From Podospora anserina (lineage: Eukaryota), in contig CM030338.1 of assembly GCA_017654855.1 (NCBI GenBank), positions 620,001-684,000 on the forward strand: a stretch of 64,000 nt of DNA, written 5' to 3'. The position numbers and the translations under genes are program-made. Positions 1 to 11,536 of this stretch are shown in pieces. How positions within the stretch are numbered: the stretch's first letter is position 1; the number at the start of each line of letters is the position of its first letter. The notes beneath the pieces were generated by a model, which saw only the letters and a list, made by a program, of their open reading frames with translations, had not been told where the DNA came from and did not search any database.

Positions 1-1280
1 CACCGGCCCTGGCTCCCGTATGTCGACGCTAGGTTGGCCATGCTCGTTAGCGTAGAAGGGTGATCGGCCCCAAGCGTAGTCTTCCGAGTCTCCATCACCT
101 GTACGTCCAGCTTCTCGGCCTCCTCCCACCGGCCCTGGTTCCAAAATGTCGACGCTAGGTTGGCCATGCTCGTCAGCGTATCTGGGTGATCGGCCCCAAG
201 CTTGGTCTTGCTCGTCTCCATCACCTGCACCTCCAGCTTCTCGGCCTCCTCCCACCGGCCCTGGCTCCTGTATGTCGACGCTAGGTTGGCCATGCTCGTC
301 AGCGTATCTGGGTGATCGGCCCCAAGCTTGGTCTTGCTCGTCTCCATCACCTGCACTTCCAGCTTCTCGGCCTCCTCCCACCGGCCCTGCCTCCTGTATG
401 TCGACGCTAGGTTGGCCATGCTCGTCAGCGTGTCTGGGTGATCGGCCCCAAGCTTGGTCTTCCGAGTCTCCATCACCTGCACCTCCAGCTTCTCGGCCTC
501 CTCCCACCGGCCCTGGTTCCAAAATGTCGACGCTAGGTTGGCCATGCTCGTTAGCGTAGAAGGGTGATCGGCCCCAAGCTTGGTCTTCCGAGTCTCCATT
601 ACCTGCACCTCCAGCTTCTCGGCCTCCTCCCACCGGCCCTGGTTCCTGTATGTCGACGCTAGGTTGGCCATGCTCGTCAGCGTATCTGGGTGATCGGCCC
701 CAAGCTTGGTCTTGCTCGTCTCCATCACCTGCACTTCCAGCTTCTCGGCCTCCTCCCACCGGCCCTGCCTCCTGTATGTCGACGCTAGGTTGGCCATGCT
801 CGTCAGCGTATCTGGGTGATCGGCCCCAAGCTTGGTCTTCCGAGTCTCCATCACCTGCACCTCCAGCTTCTCGGCCTCCTCCCACCGGCCCTGGCTCCTG
901 TATGTCGACGCTAGGTTGGCCATGCTCGTCAGCGTGTCTGGGTGATCGGCCCCAAGCTTGGTCTTGCTCGTCTCCATTACCTGCACCTCCAGCTTCTCGG
1001 CCTCCTCCCACCGGCCCTGGTTCCTGTATGTCGACGCTAGGTTGGCCATGCTCGTCAGCGTAGAAGGGTGATCGGCCCCAAGCTTGGTCTTGCTCGTCTC
1101 CATCACCTGCACTTCCAGCTTCTCGGCCTCCTCCCACCGGCCCTGGCTCCTGTATGTCGACGCTAGGTTGGCCATGCTCGTTAGCGTAGAAGGGTGATCG
1201 GCCCCAAGCGTAGTCTTCCGAGTCTCCATCACCTGTACGTCCAGCTTCTCGGCCTCCTCCCACCGGCCTTCGTCGTAATA
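1..1280 (-). repeat. Tandem 126-bp (42-aa) TPR-coding repeats with very high internal conservation; 10 units plus a partial one
   Basis: TGTCGACGCTAGGTTGGCCATGCTCG recurs at 21, 147, 273, 399, 525, 651, 777, 903, 1029 and 1155. Minus-strand unit consensus is YRSQGRWEEAEKLEVQVMETSKTKLGADHPDTLTSMANLAST. Confidence 0.97.
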
Positions 1281-3844
1281 TATTCTTCCTATCGTCGCCC
1301 CGATGAAACTTGGATTTCTCAAAAAATACTCCCGTTCCTGGCCATCATCCCCATGAATATCTGGCAAGTGTCCAGCTAGATGTCGACGGAAATCAGGCTG
1401 TTCCTCCTCGATGTTCTGACAGCACGCTGCCAAAACAAATACCATATACCACTGCTGCCATGGCCAGCTTCGGTGGCTTAGCATTGCCCGCCACCGAACC
1501 AGGCCATGCATTGTCACGCCAGCCCACCCCCCATCGACTCGCTGCAACAAGCTATAACGGAGCAGTAGACGGCAGCCCTGCTGATATCGAAAATCATCCC
1601 ATTTGTCTCCATCGAGTGGAAGGAATTGCTGGAGTTCAAAGGGCATCCCTTCGCTCTCCTCTTCCCCCATATTAGCCTTGACTTTTTCCATGCCAAGACT
1701 GGCCAGACGAAACATCTCATCCTGGATAATACCGCCCTTAAAATGTGCAAGAAACGTCAGCAATACATCAGGTCGCAGGCCTTTATTTTCCATCGCGATT
1801 TTCTCGAGCGTGGTGTCCCATACTGTCCACACCGTCTTCTCCGTCGCCAATAACCCTCTAAAAAAGTCCATCTGGAGGAGCTCGTCGCGGTGCCTCTCAT
1901 AGTCCGCGAGGTATCGCTGCAAAGCCTTGTCAGAAGGAGAATGGCTACCGATATAGGCGCCAGCAATATCAATGGCAAGTGCTAAGAATTCCAGCTTTTT
2001 CACCACCCTATCACAGTCGTCTTTGATGCCCCCAGGGGCCAGCTCTTCGTCGAGTTGCAGATGTCGGAGGAGAAGCGCTCTCCCTTCCGGTGGCGACATG
2101 TCGCCAACACGGACCGATTCGCAGGTCCCGCCGACTAACTTGGTACTTTGCTCGTCTCGGCTGGTAATAATAACTCTTCCTCGGTTTCCCCTCGGCATGA
2201 CCTTCTGGATCCCCCAGCTAACGTCGTCGGCATTATCCACAATCAATAGCCATTCGTCATCCGCCTCACTTCGGTCGCAAAGCCATCTAAGTACTGCCCG
2301 GACCCCTGCATCCATAATAATCGATCCTTGGTTTTCGCCGCCCTCCACTGTGAGTCCCAGCTCCGCAGCACATATCTTAAAGCTAGATCGTACTGTCTCC
2401 TCGTCCGTCGCGTCTATCCAGAGAATCGGGTTGTAATCATGTTTGTGCTTTTCGGCGTAGTCCAGCGCTAGCTGCGACTTACCAACACCGCCCAATCCGT
2501 AAAGAGAGACTGCATATGGAACGCTTGCTTTCTCATGCCTTATATGCAACTTCTGCTCGAGTTCCGCCGACAGTCCGACCCGCTCCGTATAGGTACCTAC
2601 CCTCCCGAGCGGGACAGCGTAGTGATGCTTCACCGGCCGAGCGGAGGCTCTGATTGATTCGGTAAGTTTCGAAAGTATTGACTGATAGCTTTCGTTCTTC
2701 GACGCAAATTTGTTGAGCCCATAGTGATCGACGGATAGCCCAATGTTTCGAACATTTCGGCCCTCATATGTGGCGGATTGCTCATGGACACACTGTGTCT
2801 GCTATTAGCGCTCCATCCATGCTAACATCCGACAAACTTACAAATCGCTCTAGCGGAACGAACCATAGCCGGAGAATACGTGTCGGCCGCTTCTCAAAGA
2901 AGTTAAACACACGCAAATCGTCTGGAGCCACCGCCATAAAATCCTTATGCAAGTCGTGTAGCGAAAATGAATCATACTCCAAATCGGCCAGGATTGACGG
3001 GTTCGACCCGAGAGGCTGGAGGACCTTTGCCGCAAGCCAACCCCATAGGCCGAAACTGGTCCCGCGATGCGGCGTACCCAGGAAGATAATTGTTTGAGCA
3101 TGCTCCGCGACGTGGCCAAAGTCTCGACTCGCTCGGGCTTGAACAAGTGCCTTTTAGAAGTTAGGCGCGTCGTTATCACAAGTGGTTTCTAGCTTACCCG
3201 TTTAACCACGAGCCCCCCAAAACTATGTGCTACAAAGATCAGGCTCCGGCTTTGCTCCTAGAGTTGGAGTGCGTTAGCAGTGCCCCAAGAGTCGAGTCCA
3301 AAGCTGGGTCTATCTTCACACCCACCGTCTCGGACATCCGGATCCCTCCAATATGCTCAAGCAGTTCATTCCCGAGGTTTGTCAAGCGTGTGTGCACCGC
3401 ATCCCTCTTCCAGTATGAATCGTAGTTGTAAAAGAATAGGCGGACATCTCTGCTGACCGCCGGAAGGAGGTCACTAGGGAGAAAGTCGCTGACCCAGTTC
3501 ACAAACTGCTCGTTGTCCGTCGCCGCTTCTTCAGGTATATCGGCCGTCGTCGCTTGTCTCGTCGCATGTTTCGTCGCCCGCCATGTCGAGTCGGGGTTGG
3601 ACCCGAGGCCGTGTACAAAGATAATACTGCCTCTGTCAGAAAGCTTCACTCCTAGTAGCGCTAGAGGTGCCTACTCAATCCCGTCCGCCCTCGTCGGTAA
3701 ACCACTGGCGCACGCTGGAACGAGCTCAAATCTTGATTTCGGAGCTTGGTCGGAGTTGAGTCGGCTGGGGATGCTCTTCGTGGCCTGGTAGTAGAGGACT
3801 GCAATCGAGAGCAGGAAGATGACCAGATATATAGCTAGGCCCAT
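1..3844 (-). CDS. Fungal NLR (STAND) protein: N-terminal hydrophobic segment + SesB-like alpha/beta-hydrolase + NB-ARC + TPR array; 3' end beyond window start
   Basis: Hand-spliced from ATG 3844 (MGLAIYLVIFLLSIAVLYYQ) through four short GT-AG introns (first 3674-3627). Gives DIIFVHGLGSNPDSTW, IFVAHSFGGLVVK (nucleophile elbow), IFLGTPHRG and DHYGLNKF. The last exon from 2792 is open to base 1 with Walker A GLGGVGKS (~2475-2498), Walker B WLLIVDNADD, IITSRD, MHGLV and then TPRs. Confidence 0.93.
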
Positions 3845-4225
3845 CGCGCGGTGGGGATGACGGGTGTGAGGAGTGTAGTGGTACTAGCACTAGGCTTGTA
3901 ACAATAGGCAAATATGGTTTAATTCAACTCATGAAAAGGTCCTCGGTGGTCACAGGCCGTGGCACTTCTCTTTTTATGTTTCACAGAGTGGTTCTGGGTG
4001 AGCGGGGTAGGGCCGATACAAAATGATAAATATAGGGCGAAATACAGGCCAATGAAAATCTTCGTTTGGTCAACCAGAGGCGGCTGTGTGGCAAGTCGTT
4101 ACGGGTCCAACCCGATGAAGGCCTGCAATATGCACAGCCCCGCGGATCTGTGGTTTGGTGAAATTCCCCTCAAAAAGACGCCCTTGGACATGTCCGCCGC
4201 TCAGCTTAACCATCAAAAATACCAA

Positions 4226-5278
4226 ATGTCTAGTTATTCCCATATTCCTTTCCCTCCATCCTCTGCTCCGAACAGAGATCGTCTCAGCCCTTACGATGAA
4301 GTGACTGTTCAGAATGCGCAATCCGAGCCAGATAATAAGGCGGGGCCTATAACGCATGTTCCAGGAGAGCCCGCTGTCAGACTACTCCCCGACCAAGTCC
4401 GCATTCATATCTCGAGTCACCTGGATACTCCGCTCCTCGATGAGCTTTACGAAAATCTCTGGCTTATTGCGAAGAAATGCGGTCGAAACATCGACCCGCT
4501 CCATACACAAAAGGTCAAAGGTCGAAGCATTGTCCCTACCGAGGATCCTAGGCTCCATCTCACCTGGCACCGGGACAGGATCTATATAAAGCCTGTTCCA
4601 GTATTCCTTCTCAACTATCAATTTTGGACAACATATCTACAGACCTCGACGCAGGACTCATCTTGTGGGATGCCCAAAGAGTTGGGCTTCGACAGCTCGA
4701 TTGCGACTGGATTCTTGCGGTCATATGCTTTGCTCGTGCCGCACCGTCTGGATTTCGAATTAGCGAAAGAAGCCCACCTTATCCCTGGCGACGTGGAGAA
4801 CTGGTTTCAATGGTCGAAATTCATCAGCCATTTCTATCACCTCTCTGATGAGAACGTTGCGAAGCGATATCACTACGGACAGCTGCGCCTCTCGTGGCTG
4901 AACTGGGCCGTCCGCGTGTTCCGCCCACAGCACGCGCGAACTTGGTGGTTCTACGAGGTCCCGCACTGGTCTATCACCGCTTTTGTGGCGAGAGCGACCG
5001 TACCTCTACTGTTCTTGTTTGCCGGTATATCCCTCGCTCTGTCATCAATGCAAGTTGCACTCTCGGTGCCGACAGACGACCCGTGGTTTCATGGACTAGG
5101 AGAGTCTAAACTACAAAGTATCGGCCGGGCGTTCTGGGTGTTCTCTATTGCTGTAATACTGGGTTGGGCAGCTATAGGGGCCCTCTTACTCGGCATTCCA
5201 ACTGCAATCCTGGTGTGGCAAGTTTCATGGGGGTTTATGAGAGAGAAGAGACGACGGGCGGGCATTTCTGCGGGGTAA
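4226..5278 (+). CDS. Conserved fungal protein, DUF6601-like, with two C-terminal transmembrane helices
   Basis: Long intronless ORF with HLTW-x3-RIYIKPVPVFLL, GFLRSYALLV-x4-DFELAK, RYHYGQLRLSWLN and LSSMQVAL. Start could instead be 4190. Confidence 0.7.
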   Translation: MSSYSHIPFPPSSAPNRDRLSPYDEVTVQNAQSEPDNKAGPITHVPGEPAVRLLPDQVRIHISSHLDTPLLDELYENLWLIAKKCGRNIDPLHTQKVKGRSIVPTEDPRLHLTWHRDRIYIKPVPVFLLNYQFWTTYLQTSTQDSSCGMPKELGFDSSIATGFLRSYALLVPHRLDFELAKEAHLIPGDVENWFQWSKFISHFYHLSDENVAKRYHYGQLRLSWLNWAVRVFRPQHARTWWFYEVPHWSITAFVARATVPLLFLFAGISLALSSMQVALSVPTDDPWFHGLGESKLQSIGRAFWVFSIAVILGWAAIGALLLGIPTAILVWQVSWGFMREKRRRAGISAG

Positions 5279-5704
5279 AATTCTTTATGGATGCAGAATG
5301 TAATGGTCTTAAGGTAGTGTATTACAACGAGCTTGGCCATCTCTACGAGTACACTGAGCTTGGAGAAGAAAATAGAAGGAGAAGATTTGACATTATGAGC
5401 ATCTAATATTTCACGAAGGACAAGGCTACTAATAGTAGATTATTGTATGATCGTTGATTTTAGGGTGTAGAAAGAAAGGAAGAAATGGCCTAACGACCGA
5501 TAACTGGGAAGGTATATGAATAAGTGATTGCTTTGTCTGGTTAAAACTTTGTAGAACCTCTGTAAATTCGTCGTTCTCTTCTTCCTATAGCTATGCTTTT
5601 AGCGTTCGGGGCGGGCCAGCCTTGTCCGAATTCTCATGGTAAAACCGCCGTAAAAGGTTTGGTGAATATTTGAAGTCGCTTGCCGGGTACTATTCCGTGT
5701 CCGG

Positions 5705-5942
5705 TGTAACGGGCTGAGCCCTGGCATAGACCTCGGCAACCCTCGGCCGTAATGAAGCTATTCCCAGAACGCACAGACCACTACTCCAGAACCCTTCTAT
5801 CACCGCGCACTGGCCAACACGCCCAGCCATATCAGAGGCTCATGTTGTCAAACCTTCTCTTTCTCTTTTCTTTTCTTCTCAAGTTCAGTGTACTCGTAGA
5901 GTGGCCTAGCTAGTTGCAATACACTGCCTTGAGGCCGTTACA
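5705..5942. mobile_element. Solo LTR of an LTR retrotransposon (238 bp)
   Basis: Begins TGTAACGG and ends CCGTTACA (8-bp inverted termini, TG...CA). Flanked on both sides by TCCGG (5700-5704 and 5943-5947). Confidence 0.88.
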
Positions 5943-6107
5943 TCCGGGTCCTAGCCTTTCCACTGAGCTTGGTACTACAATTTCCCGTGGTGGGTACGGC
6001 TGGCGAGGATCTTTGAGGCTTTATGCTCGGATCCACCAGTAGATTTCATTGGCTCTCCTGGCGTGTTTTCTCACGCTTATCCGGGCAATGGGTTGTTCGG
6101 GAATTTC

Positions 6108-6341
6108 TCAGGTGGTCGGCCGTGAACACTGCGGATTGCTTGAGAATACCACTCGGTCGCCGGGCTTGAAGTCAGGTTCGTGTCGGTGACGGTTTGTTTG
6201 AGCTACCTGTCGCGGTTGAGATTTGACGATAGCGTCCTTGGCAAATTTCACGCACCCTCTGATCAGTTGGGTAAACTTCTGAGCGTCTTCTTGGGTCTTG
6301 CGTTCACTTCGAGGTAAATCAGTCCATTCCTTGGTTCGCAC
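6108..6341 (-). mobile_element. Relic of Ty3/gypsy pol, integrase C-terminal region
   Basis: FAKDAIVKSQPRQVAQTNRHRHEPDFKPGDRV resembles the post-integrase 'Q..Q...NRHR..PDF..GD.V' segment of fungal gypsy elements. No RT or integrase core is recognisable. Confidence 0.6.
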
Positions 6342-7254
6342 TTGCCAGTTAAACTACATCCTCGTCGGGAAGCCGAACAATACTTCCTGCTCTCTACCAG
6401 AAGAGTGTCCAGGGTATTCTGGATATCTGTGAGCCATTGTCCTTCTCCAGGTATTCTTCCAGTATCCACTCCGAAAAACGAGTTGTTGCTCTTTGGTCAG
6501 GACCCTTCCAGATGTGTGGGGTCCCACTGGTTCTTACCGTAGGACTTTTTTCCTGCCGGTGATGATCATTTCGTTGCGGTGTTACACGCCTGGCAGTTGT
6601 TTTCTTCTTGAGTTTTTCGCCTCTCATGTCAAATGCTCCTCAAACTAGTGGCTTACCCTCAGGAAGAAGTCCGCCGAGACGGTCCACAATTATTAACACC
6701 TTAGCACGTATATTAACATGGCTTAATCCAACCGTCTCACAAACTCCGATATTTCTCGTCGGATTTACGGTTTCTGATCCACCACTTGGCGCTATGCATC
6801 TGCCCTTGCCAGGTTGCAAGGAAGCCTTGCAAAGCCCAGCTCCCGGTTTCCTTGCAAGGAGTCCAGCCGCCAAAAATGACTCTGTGTGCAGTAGAAGCCA
6901 GTTTTGGAGGCAGATAACGTCCACCTATAGTTCAAGATCGTGCTCTCAGCGCTGCTTCGAGAGCCTAACCATACAGTGCTGTAAGAATCTGAAAGCGTGG
7001 GTTCTTGTTTGCATTAAAATAAAAAAGCATTTATTGCCTCAATCGAGGCAGCGGTTTTTTATGTTACCTATGTCAAAACAGAAAAGCTGTTTCTGGCTTC
7101 AGCCAAGGAGACCATCGCTGCCTACACAGGCAAAATGAAAAGGCCGTTTCTGGCTTTTCATATGACCAGTGTGAAAATGTGATCTTCCATACAGTGCTCA
7201 ATCAAGTTAGGAACAATCCAAGTTTTCGGTGATCCCGGATGCAGGAACGGGAGA

Positions 7255-7445
7255 AGACTTGCCTGATTTAAACTAACTCAGAAACTGACTTAAATGGAGA
7301 CATTAGTTCCCTGTTATAGCTTTTATACCTAACATTACCTTAAACGGAATATTTAGTAATACAGCTAGGGTTATTTTCTAGTAACTCCACTAAAATCCCC
7401 CTGCAGTACTAATAACAATTATCGTGGAATAGGTATATATTCCAG
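7255..7445. other. AT/TpA-rich tract, possible RIP-mutated repeat remnant
   Basis: Local drop in GC with many TA dinucleotides, close to TE relics. Confidence 0.35.
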
Positions 7446-7925
7446 AAACAGCTCTGCCATGGTCTACCTCCAGCCTGGCCTCAGGTGGATTCAATCATTG
7501 CTCACCGTGCTCAGGGCCTGCTCAGGCTCTTGTTCCCCCTGCTCAGGAGATCTCCACTTCTGCTCAGGTTAAAGCGGCGACTGCTCAGGTCCCAAAACGG
7601 AAATGGAAATCGCCCATGTCCAGATTCCGATATTGCTCTGGCTGTTCCAAAACCATCTACAGACTGCTTGGCGTCAGCAAGCCTTGATGCCAATCCAGCA
7701 CCAACAAGCCAGTGCCTGGCTCGTGCAATGTGGCCATCGCATTCGGAGCGTCGGAATTAGACTTGGACGAAAGGAGCAAACGATAAAAGATGGAGAGAAG
7801 GTATTATTCAGCACTTTGATGATGGTGTTTGATTTTGAAGGTATATCCAGCTGTAGACTGCTCACTCAACTTCAATTCCAGTATCCACCACCAGTTTCAG
7901 CAACGGCATTCCGACTCTCACCAAG

Positions 7926-8980
7926 ATGAAGTTTTTCACCACAGTTACACTAGCAGCGACCCTCTTCGCCCAGTCCACTGTCTCTCTGACCAAGTGGGAT
8001 GACTGGGCCCATGGAAGAGTCGCCCTTGAAGACGTCTCAATACACTTTCGCTATGCCGGCAGTGGTCCCCTTTTGCTTCTCATTCATGGCAACCCTCAGT
8101 ATAGCTTGACGTGGCAGTGGATTGGTCCGGTCATTGCCGAATCCTTCACTGCCATCGCCCCGGATAACCGCGGAGCTGGAGATTCGTCCATCCCACCAGA
8201 CGGCAACTACAGTGCCACCGCGAGCGCTGCCGACCTCAAAGGTGTACTCGACTTTCTCAACATCACCGAGACCTACGTGTTCTCCCACGACAAGGGCGCA
8301 GGCATGGCAGTTGCCCTCGCCATTCAATGCCCATCGCTTGTGAAGAGACTGGGTGTCTCCGAATATGTCCTGCCCGGCTTTGGATACGAGGCAGCTTCAG
8401 TCCTTGGGCCGTACTGGGACCTGTATGGAAACTGGCAGCTGGCTTTCTTCAGCGTCCCAGACGCAGCCGACTTCTTCATCCGAGGTCGTGAAAGAGAGAT
8501 GCTTTCCTGGTATTTCTATCACGGCAGCTATTCGGGTGGATCGTCCATTTCGGAGGAGACGTTGAGTAGATATGCGACCTCCATCTTCAAGCGGGGGTAC
8601 CTCCGGGCCATGTTCGGACCGTTCGAGAGCAGGATCGTGGCCGATGGCGCAAAGTTCTTTACATCCACTATTGGGAAGAAGAAGCTGACTGTCCCGACAC
8701 TTGCTCTGGGAGGCGAGGCGCTGATGTCTTTCCTCACACGGCCCGCATTTGAGAATCTTACCGAGACTCTGGAAGTTGATATTGTGCCCAAAGCAGGACA
8801 CTGGATCGGTGAGTCCTCCTCATGACATGGTATTCTGGTAGACTGGTTGACTGACACGTAAACTGCTGATGAGAACCCCATCTGGGTCGCCAACCGTGTC
8901 GCCAGCTTCCTTGCCAAAGACACATCTTCCTTGCCAAAGACACATCTTCCTTGTCAGTTGCGAACCTTTCAAGCCTGACG
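7926..8980 (+). CDS. Secreted alpha/beta-hydrolase (epoxide hydrolase/haloacetate dehalogenase-like); 3' end appears damaged
   Basis: Signal peptide; HGNP, DNRGAGDS, SHDKGA (Asp nucleophile), GHW (catalytic His). Intron donor at 8809, but the expected acceptor at 8864-8865 reads TG. A 20-bp tandem duplication lies at ~8911-8950. Confidence 0.8.
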
Positions 8981-9363
8981 AACCAAGTGACGTTGACTGT
9001 GAGTCTTTACGGGGACCCTGAGAAACTTTGCTTTGGCTGGGGGTGGTATTCTGTAGTGTCTTGGCTGTCGCTGGTTAATCGTTAGTGGGTGTTTTCTTGG
9101 GATGGTTGATGGTCTAGGCAGCACCAAAACAGGCAAGATTCAGGGGGTGTTAGCAAATGAGGGAGCCTGGTTGGCGCCACCTATTTCGGTATCCTTTGCG
9201 CAAGCTGAAAGCTAGATGGTCAAAGGGACGCGCAATCGTCAAGTCTGTCTTTTTGTTTACCTTGTATAAACACTCGCGCATAATCTCTTCTTCTTTTTCC
9301 CTCACCATCAATGAACTGGGACTTCCGCTTTTGAACCGGGATTTCAACTTTGATTTGGAACCA

Positions 9364-11486
9364 ATGTCGTCCACTCAAGAAAAGGCTATGAAAAATGACC
9401 GACCTGACCATGAATTTTGGAATGCCTTCATCCACGGCACTCTGCTTCCATGGCGTCACAGGGACTACGTTCGGGCTGCCTACATGACCATTCTTCTCCA
9501 CGAAAATAGAGATCGCGGTCTCCTCGAGATAGCCAGCGACTTCGCCGCCAACATGCTTTCGTTGAAGCAGCGGGCGTCCCGGTTGAACCATCAGCCTGAG
9601 TCACGGTGAGTTTTCCTAGTCGTCACTGTCGAGATCTTAGTATCGTCTCACACCACGCAGAACAGAAACTGTTTTTTGGCTCTATCAAATCAAATCGGCT
9701 ATTGAGGCTGCGCAAGGATCTTCAACTGATGACAAGCACTTCACACCGCCCTCGTTCGACATGGTGCTCGCTAAAGGCCCGGAACTCCTTGACCGCAAGC
9801 TGATCGACCAGTACTACAGCGTGTATCTTCAGAACATGTGCTATACTCATCGGTATTATGTTTCACCCAATCTCAAGCCTCTTGAGCCACCCAGAAAAGC
9901 TCCAAGGTCTTTTTTTGGGTTCGGCAACAAACTCTGCGCCGGAACCTTTTGAGCACGAGCGCTATCTCAACATGGCCTTTGCCATTGTCCAGCGGTATCT
10001 GCGCGAGGGTGAAACCCGACGAAGAAGCTGGTTCATCGAGCGAGGGTTTGATGCCCTGCGTCAACAGTTCATGCGTATGAGGGCGCCAGTGGACGCTCGC
10101 ACTGGGGTCTTTGCTGAAAAGCCATCTTCGGGTTTGGAACCATTTTCAGAAACAAAAGCCTACTTTTATGTCCAGCTTGTTCACATTGCCCTCACCAAGC
10201 TCACCACTGGTGGTCACCATGACATGGTTCAAAGAATGCGGTATCAAACGTTCAAACGACTCTTCGGCATCGAACCCAACATCTGGAAGAAACACTACAG
10301 CGCGAAACGATGGACGAGTTTCAAAGCCCTCGGGGGTTTCCAGCCACCTGATCTCAAGCCCCTCCCGGATACCATTGGCGCTTCGTACAACAAGGGCAGC
10401 AGCATTTTCCTTACCGCTTTAGGAGGCTCTGGTGGCCCTTCCGATATCAAGGAATCCGTCAAACCCAAACCCTGGGACGACTTGTTTCTCAAAGAAGGCC
10501 TCGAACCCGAACTCCCCCTCGAAGAGGTCATCGCCTTCCACCGCTCCATCCTCCTCGAAGACGCCAAATCCATCGACCCCACCGCCCCCCTATCCCCCTC
10601 CCACCTCCCCACCCCCGCCCACTTGCTCAAATACATCTACACCACCCTCCTCACCGCCAGCTCCATGGCCACCCTCCCCGCCCGCGCAACCCACTGCCTC
10701 TCCACCCTCCTCCAGCACGCTTCGCTTCCCAAAACCCACCTAATCTTCTACCTAAACTACCTCCTCAACTTCTGCACCCCAGGCATAGAAATAGCCTACC
10801 CAGGCCTCTTCCCCTCGAACAAGACCCCCTCCTGGCAGGAAAAAATCCAGTTCCGTCCCATCACCACCACAACCACCACCAACCCAGAAACGGAAAAAAC
10901 AGAAACAAGACACACCCGGTATCACAACTGCCCTTGTCACAACGGCACGCTGCTTCCTTACTATATTGGTCCATCGGCGTGTGAATACCCCGTTAACTTC
11001 CCCTATGAGCACCCACCTCAGTTATACCACGGTTGTTCCTGCCATAAGGAAGAAAAGATTGATCAGGATGAGCTGGCGGAGATTGTGGCGGGGATGTATG
11101 CCGAGAGAGAGGCGAGTGAGGTTTGGAAGGGGGGGCAGAGGGATGGAAACACGGGGTTTGACAAGAAAAAGGTGAGAGATCGGGAGGAGATGTTTGTTGA
11201 GTGGGTTAGGCGGTGGCCTGAGTTGGTGATTGTGGAGTTTTCGCCTGGGGGGGAGAAGAGGGGGTTGGTGGAGATTTGGGAGGGGAGGGAAAGGGAGTTT
11301 ATTATGTTGGTGAGGGAGGAGGATGGGGGGGTGGGGGTTATGGGGGTGGTGCCAGTTGCGGATGGGGAGGGGGAAGAAGAGGGGGATGGGGATGAAAAGA
11401 CTTTGGCTGGGGATCGGGAGGTGAGGAGTGGAGACGAGGAGGATTGGGAGCTGTTGAGTCAGGCTGGGACGCTGTGTGAGAAATGA
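9364..11486 (+). CDS. Hypothetical protein with two copies of an uncharacterised helical domain; apparent frameshift near 9910-9916
   Basis: Exon 1 9364-9605, intron 9606-9660. Copy 1 ...TETVFWLYQ...LLDRKLIDQYYS...YVSPNLKPL; copy 2 ...ETKAYFYVQ...IWKKHYS...FQPPDLKPLP. The two frames join if one T is removed from the T7 run. Confidence 0.65.
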
Positions 11487-11536
11487 TTGTGGGATAAGAC
11501 AGTTTTTCGCCGTTGAATGAAATTTGGCAGGCTCGT

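Noticed and set aside
146-1063. Plus-strand 137-aa repeat ORFs, or a CRISPR-like reading of the array
   Set aside because: They are antisense shadows of the TPR frame. Units are contiguous with no unique spacers and the genome is eukaryotic.
3627-3844. Amyloid signalling motif at the NLR N-terminus
   Set aside because: The segment is a hydrophobic helix, not an N/Q/G-rich HRAM, sigma or PP motif, and no adjacent HeLo/HeLL effector is seen.
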